A stretch of DNA of 20,000 nt, from the IMG/VR virus record IMGVR_UViG_3300020727_000014; one strand, given 5' to 3'. This stretch comes from an uncultured virus (IMG/VR IMGVR_UViG_3300020727_000014). Lineage: Duplodnaviria; Heunggongvirae; Uroviricota; Caudoviricetes. The notes below the pieces were generated by a model. The model searched no databases. It saw only the letters and a list, made by a program, of their open reading frames with translations, and was not told the DNA's origin. Of this stretch, positions 9,044-15,687 are shown piece by piece. A program made the position numbers and the translations under genes. Position 1 is the stretch's first letter. Every line of letters starts with the position of its first letter.

Positions 9044-9262
9044 TTAAAACCTTGGTTTCCCATCAAGAAGTTCTTTTATTTCTTTTGATACAATTTCGTA
9101 TCCATAACCAACGTTCTGATCGAATTCACTTCCTTGATACCTTGATTGTATTCTAAGATCAAGTTCGGTAAGATATTGTTCTATCAATTTCACTTTAGTA
9201 TAATCATTCATCTTAATACCCATCCCCATATACTTGTTATAAACCTCATAAACTTTAATCAT
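9044..9262 (-). CDS. hypothetical protein
   Basis: 72 aa ORF after cassette repeat. Confidence 0.65.
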   Translation of the reverse strand: MIKVYEVYNKYMGMGIKMNDYTKVKLIEQYLTELDLRIQSRYQGSEFDQNVGYGYEIVSKEIKELLDGKPRF

Positions 9263-9362
9263 TGCTTATCTCTCTTAATTTCAAAGTATGATTAATTATA
9301 CCTTAACGAATAGAAAGAATCAAGCACTTTGTTGAAAGTTTTTTGAAAAGAAAGGACGCGGG

Positions 9363-9390
9363 AAAAAAAGACCGGATGTTTATTCCGGTC
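9363..9390 (-). terminator. intrinsic terminator
   Basis: Minus strand GACCGGA-ATAAACA-TCCGGTC followed by TTTTTTT. Confidence 0.7.
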
Positions 9391-9810
9391 AGATATCACA
9401 TCAGGAGAGATGTTAGGATTGAACGATAAACTAGTGGAGAGAGGTCACTGTTAGTTGTTTATCATTCAGTAAAGGAATAGGTTATTTGTTAAATTTCCCG
9501 TCTGCAAGAGGAAATTATTGCTTCTACAACCAAACACCCTAAAAAGCCTTACATGGCTTCCGGAAAAAAAACGGAGGTAAATCATCAACAAGGAGAGAGT
9601 CTTTTTAATGATTTACCAGAGGGGATGTAAACATCCCAATATGAGTCAAATTAGACTCAAAACGAGACCACTGCACCTCGTGAGAGAGAACAAGATACAA
9701 TGGCTCAGGTTTTGCAAGAAAACATCTGGAGAGAGTCAGGTGTCCTCTTGCTATAAAAACTGGAGCAAATATCATAAGGAGAGAGACTTAATCAATAGCT
9801 CAACAGTTAA
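9363..9810 (-). ncRNA. candidate structured ncRNA with repeated CUCUCUCC-loop hairpins
   Basis: About 10 consecutive inverted repeats in a gene-free gap; five carry GGAGAGA(G) (plus strand) at the apex; ends in a minus-strand terminator. Confidence 0.65.
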
Positions 9811-9818
9811 TTATTCAG

Positions 9819-10778
9819 TTACTTTAGCATAACAGTTTTTGCTAATTTTTTCCAATCATTTCTATTCATGGTATAAAGAACAGCCAATTTTTCAACAGCC
9901 CTTAGAGATAATTCTTTCATTTTATCAGAATTTTCCTCAATAAAGTTAATCAATATTTGATCTTCTTCAGGAGAAATGCCTTTATCCCTAAGCATACCTT
10001 TATTAACTGTTTGTTTAATTTTCGTAATAAATTCCCGTTTGGTTTTAATTTTCATGTCCAACACTAGAGAACGTGATTCAAGAGCCGAAAGGTGAGGAGC
10101 ATATTTTGTGTTACCATTCGCCATTTCAGAGAAATTAAGGTTAGTCAAGAAAATAATATTGCCTTCATATTGAAAGTATCTAGGAATTTGTTCACCAAAG
10201 TCATCAAAGAATTCTTTCTCAGAACCCCAACCAATTGTCCTAGATGGTTTTAATTCTAATGCAGCTTTTAATAAATTCAAAGCAATTTCATCACCAAAGA
10301 TGGCATCAGAATCATCAATAACAATTGTTTGACCAAGTAATTTATTTTCCCATAAGAGACGGAAAAGACCAGTGGCTTTAAGAAAACCTCTATGAAAGAT
10401 ATAACCAAACTCCGAACCATTATTGATTTGGTTTAAGATTTTATTTACTTCATACGACTTACCTAATCCTGGAGCACCAGAACAAATAAGACTGTTCACT
10501 TTATTGGCTGCCACTGCTTCTACAAGTGTATCAAGGGTTGTATAGGTATCTTCAATCCTTTGATTAAGGTCTGCATCTGATTCTTCAATCATAGGAGAAT
10601 CAATTTCCAGATCAACAGAAAATTTAAACACACCACGTTTCAGGGCATTTTGTTGATTACAGATGTGATTAGGATAGGTTGTTTGGTATTTAGAGACAAC
10701 ATCATTAATTTGTCGTCTAGTGATATAACCAAGTTCAGCAACTTCAGGAAACATTTCAACAGCATTCAATTCAAACAT
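9819..10778 (-). CDS. P-loop NTPase, AAA+-like
   Basis: Walker A GAPGLGKS, Walker B IVIDD, sensor-1-like IIFLTN, ALESR arginine-finger-like, SLR sensor-2-like. Confidence 0.85.
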   Translation of the reverse strand: MFELNAVEMFPEVAELGYITRRQINDVVSKYQTTYPNHICNQQNALKRGVFKFSVDLEIDSPMIEESDADLNQRIEDTYTTLDTLVEAVAANKVNSLICSGAPGLGKSYEVNKILNQINNGSEFGYIFHRGFLKATGLFRLLWENKLLGQTIVIDDSDAIFGDEIALNLLKAALELKPSRTIGWGSEKEFFDDFGEQIPRYFQYEGNIIFLTNLNFSEMANGNTKYAPHLSALESRSLVLDMKIKTKREFITKIKQTVNKGMLRDKGISPEEDQILINFIEENSDKMKELSLRAVEKLAVLYTMNRNDWKKLAKTVMLK

Positions 10779-10853
10779 AAATTATTTCTCTCTCAATTTA
10801 GTATATCTTATTATAATATTATTGATTTAAAGTGTCAAGCACTTTGTTGCACT

Positions 10854-11027
10854 TTATGCGAGTTCTTCTACTGAAAGAATATCAACATTACCTAATCTGA
10901 ATAATGCAATCTCTTTTGCTTCTTCAGCAGTAAATGCCTTAACATAATCATATTTTACTTCAATTTCTTTTTTAAAGAAGTAATCAAATTGTTCGTATTC
11001 AACTTCGTAATTTTTAATTTGATTCAT
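10854..11027 (-). CDS. small hypothetical protein (57 aa)
   Basis: MNQIKNYEVEYEQFDY...VKAFTAEEAKE; fills gap; GGAG upstream. Confidence 0.6.
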   Translation of the reverse strand: MNQIKNYEVEYEQFDYFFKKEIEVKYDYVKAFTAEEAKEIALFRLGNVDILSVEELA

Positions 11028-11042
11028 TTTTCTTTTTGCTCC

Positions 11043-11240
11043 CTATTCACCGGCATAATCAAAATAATTACAAATAAAATCAATACCAGTGCCTTCAACC
11101 GGAACGTAGATATCACTCCATTCTGGAGCAGAGTAAAATTGTACTCCACTAACACCTTTCTCGCACGGAGTTGAAATTGCAACATCATACTTTTCTAATA
11201 AGATTTTTAATTCTTCTTTAAATTGTTCTTGTCTAGTCAT
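11043..11240 (-). CDS. hypothetical protein, paralog of 8065-8262
   Basis: Start at MTRQEQF after GAGAGAGA; the ORF-track extension merely reads through the promoter. Confidence 0.8.
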   Translation of the reverse strand: MTRQEQFKEELKILLEKYDVAISTPCEKGVSGVQFYSAPEWSDIYVPVEGTGIDFICNYFDYAGE

Positions 11241-11323
11241 TTTAATTCTCTCTCTATCAATTAAGTATAAGTTATTATAATCTAAGTGCTTAGAAGAATC
11301 AAGCACTTTGTTGCTCTTTTATT

Positions 11324-11399
11324 TGGAGCCACTGAGAGAACTCGAATCCCCAACCTTCTGATTACAAATCAGACGCACTACCAATTGTGCTACAGTGGC
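11324..11399 (-). tRNA. tRNA-Thr(UGU)
   Basis: 76 nt cloverleaf: GCCACTG/CAGTGGC acceptor, GCAC/GTGC D stem, TCTGA-TTTGTAA-TCAGA, TTCGAGT T loop, encoded CCA. Confidence 0.92.
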
Positions 11400-11402
11400 A
11401 AA

Positions 11403-11566
11403 TTAAATAAGTTATTGTTCTCAATCGGAGTCGAACCGATGTTTCTCAACTAGAGTGTCCTAGCCCAAACTAGACGACAGAAATAAATCTCCGATGGGAT
11501 TTGAACCCATGTTTCTCAATTAGAGCGTCCTAAGCCTCTAGACGATAAGAGCAATAACTTATTTAA
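11403..11566 (-). ncRNA. double tRNA-like RNA closed by a 15-bp terminal stem
   Basis: Perfect IR 11403-11417/11552-11566 enclosing two D-arm + short hairpin + T-arm units; promoter at 11570-11598. Confidence 0.7.
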
Positions 11567-11581
11567 ATTATTATACTTTAA

Positions 11582-11689
11582 TCAGATGTATTTGTTAACC
11601 ACTTTTTTACATCTTTTATAAACTTTTTTCGATTCGAACACTTTCGGTTTGTTATATTTCCAAGCATGTTTAGCGGTTAAGTTATTCAT
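11582..11689 (-). CDS. small basic protein (35 aa)
   Basis: MNNLTAKHAWKYNKPKVFESKKVYKRCKK...; GAGAGA RBS. Confidence 0.55.
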   Translation of the reverse strand: MNNLTAKHAWKYNKPKVFESKKVYKRCKKVVNKYI

Positions 11690-11720
11690 TTCAGTTCTCT
11701 CTTTGGGTATTGCTGTTTAA

Positions 11721-11882
11721 TTATACAACTTCTCTTTCTATATAATAGAATTCAGACTCATACCTCCACTGTGTAAAAGTATATGCGGTCTGCTCATCTT
11801 CAAAAGTACCTGCGATTTTTGGTTCTTCCATGTAAGAATCATCATAATACATTACATTATAAACATATTTCTCTTTATTCAT
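11721..11882 (-). CDS. small hypothetical protein (53 aa)
   Basis: MNKEKYVYNVMYYDDSY...; follows cassette repeat. Confidence 0.65.
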   Translation of the reverse strand: MNKEKYVYNVMYYDDSYMEEPKIAGTFEDEQTAYTFTQWRYESEFYYIEREVV

Positions 11883-11964
11883 ATTATATAATTCTCTCTA
11901 TCAATTAAGTATAAGTTATTATATATAAGATAGAGAGAAATATCAAGCACTTTGTTTAAAAAAA

Positions 11965-12093
11965 TTAGAGAGCAAATTTGAGGACTCTTACCCCATAAAT
12001 AGATTTATGTAGGACAGCTAGGTTAATCCGTAGCCAAGTTGGGAAATGCTAGTAACATTTTCCTAACTACATCGATTTATACAAAATCAAATT
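11965..12093 (-). ncRNA. candidate small structured RNA (unit A)
   Basis: Shares ATGGGGTAAGAGTCCTCA and an AGCATYTCC..AASTTGG block with 12178-12272; immediately downstream of tRNA-Gly. Confidence 0.4.
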
Positions 12094-12094
12094 T

Positions 12095-12170
12095 TGGAGC
12101 GGACGATCGGGTATGATCCGACAACATTCTGATTGGAAATCAGACACTCTACCAATTGAGTTACGTCCGC
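12095..12170 (-). tRNA. tRNA-Gly(UCC), atypical T loop
   Basis: 76 nt: GCGGACG/CGTCCGC acceptor, ACTC/GAGT D stem, TCTGA-TTTCCAA-TCAGA, T loop ATCATAC, U73, CCA. Confidence 0.88.
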
Positions 12171-12177
12171 ATAATTT

Positions 12178-12317
12178 TGGTATCTCAGTGAGGACTCTTA
12201 CCCCATCTTTTAATCCAAGCCTAGACACCAACTTGGAGATGCTTTCTAATGGTTGATCAGACCAACATTTGAAGTTCCTACAGGATTCGAACCCATAATA
12301 CCACAGTCAAAGTGTAG
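12178..12317 (-). ncRNA. tRNA-Gln(UUG) 3' half fused to a tRNA-like unit (unit B) ending in ACCA
   Basis: CTACA-CTTTGAC-TGTGG anticodon arm and ATGGG-TTCGAAT-CCTGT T arm, then hairpins, TGGGG-TAAGAGT-CCTCA and CTGAGATACCA; promoter at 12327-12355. Confidence 0.5.
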
Positions 12318-12405
12318 TATGTTAATATTATACAGTCGGTTTTACCTTTTGTCAACCCTTTTTAAATTTCTTTTTATCTGATACCTGTAATACCATATTG
12401 TTCTT

Positions 12406-12666
12406 CTAAGAAGAACAATGTTCTTCTGCCCATTCAACTCCTTCCCAGAACATTTTTTGCTGTTCTATTTTCAAGGTATCCATTTTTGCATCCATTACCT
12501 CATAACTCATTTGCACAGGTAATGCAATTTCAGCAAATTTGATATACTTATTTTGTATATCATGAATATTTTTCCAGGCAGATTCACACCATTCGATATC
12601 CCAACCTAAATCAGTATGTTCATGTAAAAACATTTGATAAGCGACTTGTTCGATTCTTTTTGACAT
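12406..12666 (-). CDS. hypothetical protein
   Basis: 86 aa; intact paralog of 8332-8505; own promoter. Confidence 0.75.
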   Translation of the reverse strand: MSKRIEQVAYQMFLHEHTDLGWDIEWCESAWKNIHDIQNKYIKFAEIALPVQMSYEVMDAKMDTLKIEQQKMFWEGVEWAEEHCSS

Positions 12667-12720
12667 TTCTTTTCTCGTTTTGTTAGTATGTGTATATTAT
12701 ACTATCAGTATTACCAAATA

Positions 12721-12972
12721 TCAACCATTGATTAAACTATTTTCAACAAGTTTAACATCTTTATGCATCACGTAATATGAATCTGGAAATTCACTAAACG
12801 AAATCGCATAAACTTTTGACACACTTTTTTCTTCATTTATCAACACATCATAATTGTCAACTCTAACATTGGCAATGGTATCGATAATTGGTTCAGAACC
12901 ACCAAAATCATATTCAACTTCTAAACCTTTAACACTGTTAATATCTTGTTTCATCATTTCTAATACAGTCAT
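12721..12972 (-). CDS. hypothetical protein
   Basis: 83 aa after cassette repeat; stop TGA inside the next -35. Confidence 0.75.
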   Translation of the reverse strand: MTVLEMMKQDINSVKGLEVEYDFGGSEPIIDTIANVRVDNYDVLINEEKSVSKVYAISFSEFPDSYYVMHKDVKLVENSLING

Positions 12973-13054
12973 TTTAATTCTCTCTCAATTTCAAAGTATA
13001 AGTTATTATACCTTAACGATTAGAAAGAATCAAGCACTTTGTTGCAGTTTTATT

Positions 13055-13129
13055 TGGAGCCACTCCGCAGAATCAAACTGCGATCTAGAGATTACAAGTC
13101 AATTGTATTATCATTATACATAGAGTGGC
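13055..13129 (-). tRNA. divergent tRNA-Thr(UGU)-like gene (pseudo-tRNA or mimic)
   Basis: Perfect acceptor GCCACTC/GAGTGGC, D stem and T stem CGCAG/CTGCG, CCA; anticodon stem ATTGA/TCTCT has 2 mismatches. Confidence 0.7.
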
Positions 13130-13132
13130 AAA

Positions 13133-13293
13133 TTAAATTATAAAGACTGTAGGAATTGAACCTAACATAGAGACAGACCAAACCACAACCAGTGGTTATT
13201 TTTAAGTAGGAGAATTGAACTCCTTCGCAGGTCCTAGGGCTCCGCTTTAACCAAAATAATCCTAAAAATAAAATATCAATCTTTATAATTTAA
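13133..13293 (-). ncRNA. second double-T-arm RNA closed by a 14-bp terminal stem
   Basis: Perfect IR 13133-13146/13280-13293; T arms AGGAG-TTCAATT-CTCCT and TAGG-TTCAATT-CCTA. Confidence 0.6.
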
Positions 13294-13363
13294 ATTGCCC
13301 TCTTCGACTATGTATCCATAATCCTATCGACTTTAGGCTTTGCCGTTTTCCTAATTTTGGATG

Positions 13364-13477
13364 TTAATTTCCTATTAAAGAAACTAATATAACAGTCGCA
13401 ATAAATAACTGCCCGATTATATTCATTGGTAAAGTTACAACAAATTCTTTTGGCTGTCTTACTTTATAATCTTTCAT
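13364..13477 (-). CDS. small membrane protein (37 aa)
   Basis: ATG after cassette repeat; hydrophobic IIGQLFIATVILVSLIG. Confidence 0.5.
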   Translation of the reverse strand: MKDYKVRQPKEFVVTLPMNIIGQLFIATVILVSLIGN

Positions 13478-13567
13478 TTTATTTCTCTCTCTATCAATTA
13501 AGTATAAGTTATTATATATAAGATAGAGAGAAATATCAAGCACTTCTGTATTTAATATAAAGATAAT

Positions 13568-14038
13568 TTATGCTGCTTCTTCCTCTTCGTAAAGTGCCAT
13601 ATTTTCAGAGATGGCAAAACAATCATCAATTTCTTTGGGGATATTTTCTTCCACCCAATTAGAATCACCTTGGATACAGTATTCATCGTCCTCACCATCC
13701 TTGAATGCCCCACAGAAGCCAATACCGCCTTCGTAATAAAAAGCTGTAACAGTAAACCCAAGTTCCTCAAGTTTTTGGTATCCTTCTATTGGAGGGCTCC
13801 AAGCTGAATCAAAATACACCCCGACTGAAGTATCTGTTTGTTCATAAATATATGCTTCTACAATGTCCCATTTGGTTCCCCAATTTTCCACTACGAAGCC
13901 ATATTCCGATTCACAATCAGCTGGGATAGGTATAAATTCACGAAGGAAACTATCGTTCTCTAAGGCTGCCACAGCTCTTTGGATCATAATTGGATCATCA
14001 TGTTCTAAACGTAAATCATTTGAGCACCAATTAGGCAT
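13568..14038 (-). CDS. YubB/DUF1281-like ferredoxin-fold protein
   Basis: MPNWCSN, ENWGTKWD, FDSAWSPP and YYEGGIGFCG family motifs; AAGGAG RBS. Confidence 0.8.
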   Translation of the reverse strand: MPNWCSNDLRLEHDDPIMIQRAVAALENDSFLREFIPIPADCESEYGFVVENWGTKWDIVEAYIYEQTDTSVGVYFDSAWSPPIEGYQKLEELGFTVTAFYYEGGIGFCGAFKDGEDDEYCIQGDSNWVEENIPKEIDDCFAISENMALYEEEEAA

Positions 14039-14039
14039 C

Positions 14040-14150
14040 TTATTCTCCTTTCAATTTAGATTCAACAAAGTCAACCACATCAACAACTGTTAAGGTAAAT
14101 AACCAGAACAAACAACCTAAAACTACGAAGTATTGGATAAATTCTAACAT
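14040..14150 (-). CDS. small membrane protein (36 aa)
   Basis: MLEFIQYFVVLGCLFWLFTLTVV...; follows cassette repeat. Confidence 0.6.
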   Translation of the reverse strand: MLEFIQYFVVLGCLFWLFTLTVVDVVDFVESKLKGE

Positions 14151-14213
14151 TTTATTTCTCTCTCAATTAAGTATAAGTTATTATAATCTAAGTGCTTAGA
14201 AGAATCAAGCACT

Positions 14214-14414
14214 TTAAGCAAATATTTCTTTACTAAGAATTTCTTCTTCTACAGTTTTGTGACAAGCATTTAACATCAACAATGCTACTTGGGTCGCAAT
14301 ACATCTTTCTTGTCCAGAAAGTGTCTTAGTATATTCAAGAACTTCATCGATGCTTTGGGTTGAAAATAAATCAAATTTTGGAATTGGATTTGGAACAGGT
14401 CTATTATCAATCAT
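14214..14414 (-). CDS. hypothetical protein
   Basis: 66 aa exactly spanning two cassette repeats. Confidence 0.75.
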   Translation of the reverse strand: MIDNRPVPNPIPKFDLFSTQSIDEVLEYTKTLSGQERCIATQVALLMLNACHKTVEEEILSKEIFA

Positions 14415-14467
14415 TTTTTTCTCTCTCTATTAAGTATAAGTTATTATAACCGATACAGATTTAAAGA

Positions 14468-14710
14468 TCAAGCACTTTCAATAATATCTAATTGGATATT
14501 AACACCATCATATCTACCACCGATACCTAGGATCGTTTCAGTACGATTTTTGTATTCTAAACCAATCAATAAATTGTTTACATTTATGTTAAATTTACCA
14601 TTCTGGCCTGTACCCTCGCGGATTTGTTTGACAGTGGTGTAAAATGATCCACCGATATCAGCCAATACGATTTTCACTTTAGTGCTAGGTTTAAATTTAA
14701 ATTCTTTCAT
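14468..14710 (-). CDS. hypothetical protein
   Basis: 80 aa, GAGAGA RBS, stop TGA inside the next -35. Confidence 0.75.
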   Translation of the reverse strand: MKEFKFKPSTKVKIVLADIGGSFYTTVKQIREGTGQNGKFNINVNNLLIGLEYKNRTETILGIGGRYDGVNIQLDIIESA

Positions 14711-14721
14711 TACGATTCTCT

Positions 14722-14883
14722 CTAAAGGCTTGCAGGATTAAATTCGACATCAGCTAAAACTACAGTTACATCATAACATTTTTTAGATTTGAACAATTGA
14801 GCAGCAATTATTTGGGCTTCATATGAAGCAGCTTCTACAGTTGTTTTTCTTCCTTTATAAAAGGCGATATAAGTTCTTCTCAT
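14722..14883 (-). CDS. small phage hypothetical protein (53 aa)
   Basis: MRRTYIAFYKGRKTTVEAASYEAQ...; follows cassette repeat. Confidence 0.7.
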   Translation of the reverse strand: MRRTYIAFYKGRKTTVEAASYEAQIIAAQLFKSKKCYDVTVVLADVEFNPASL

Positions 14884-14957
14884 TTTATTTCTCTCTCTAT
14901 CAATTAAGTATAAGTTATTATAACCGATATAGATTTAAAAATCAAGCACTTTAAGAA

Positions 14958-15167
14958 TTATTTTGTTGAATAATGAACAGGTCTTTCGTATGATCCTGTT
15001 GATGATCTATACACACTTACATATCTAAAGTCTTCAGTAATAAAGCTCTCGGTTTGATCACGGTCTATGTTCAACCCTAATGGCCAAACCTCAACCAATC
15101 CTTCTGATTCTAATGCATCATTAAGGGTCGGGAACCAATTATTTTTTACTTCATATCTTCTTTTCAT
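14958..15167 (-). CDS. hypothetical protein
   Basis: Likely start MKRRYEV after GGAGAGG; SVYRSSTGSYERPVHY. Confidence 0.7.
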   Translation of the reverse strand: MKRRYEVKNNWFPTLNDALESEGLVEVWPLGLNIDRDQTESFITEDFRYVSVYRSSTGSYERPVHYSTK

Positions 15168-15223
15168 CTTTCCTCTCCAATTCAAATTATAAGTTATTAT
15201 AAATTAATAGGAAAATAATGTCA

Positions 15224-15261
15224 AGCACTTCGTAGCACTTCGTAGCACTTCGTAGCACTTC
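15224..15261. repeat. 10-bp tandem repeat AGCACTTCGT x3.8
   Basis: Direct read; multiplies the AAGTGCT box upstream of a -35. Confidence 0.9.
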
Positions 15262-15603
15262 TTAAATCTTATACAGAGCAGAATACCAACTTGTGCATTG
15301 CTCGGTATACAAACCCACAGCTTCTAATGCTTCGCTCATCTTATTAATAAGTTCATAATTATAATTATCATAACTGAAATAATCACCTACAGATCCACCA
15401 TCATGACAGATGATTAATTCTGAATGAGTACCATAATCTTCTTTTCGTTCTCTCCATTGTTCAGGGGAATAAAAGGTTGTACATCCACCTGTATCGATTA
15501 TTTTTTCTTCCATTACTTCCATAATGGTTTTATATGCAAGTTTCCCAACATCGGAAAGGTGTTCTGGCATTTGAGTATCTTCGGGTGAATAATTATTAAA
15601 CAT
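15262..15603 (-). CDS. hypothetical protein
   Basis: Start MFNNYSPE after GAGA motif; the ORF-track extension reads through the promoter. Confidence 0.8.
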   Translation of the reverse strand: MFNNYSPEDTQMPEHLSDVGKLAYKTIMEVMEEKIIDTGGCTTFYSPEQWRERKEDYGTHSELIICHDGGSVGDYFSYDNYNYELINKMSEALEAVGLYTEQCTSWYSALYKI

Positions 15604-15687
15604 TTTATTTTCTCTCTTTTCAATTAAGTATGAGTTATTATAACCTTGTTGCTGGGAAATGTCAAGCATTTCCCAGCAAGGGCGTGG

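Noticed and set aside
9608..9832. Plus-strand 74-aa ORF
   Set aside because: Against the regional strand, crosses many hairpins and has no recognisable features; a nearby GGAGAGAG is better explained as a hairpin loop, though coding is not fully excluded
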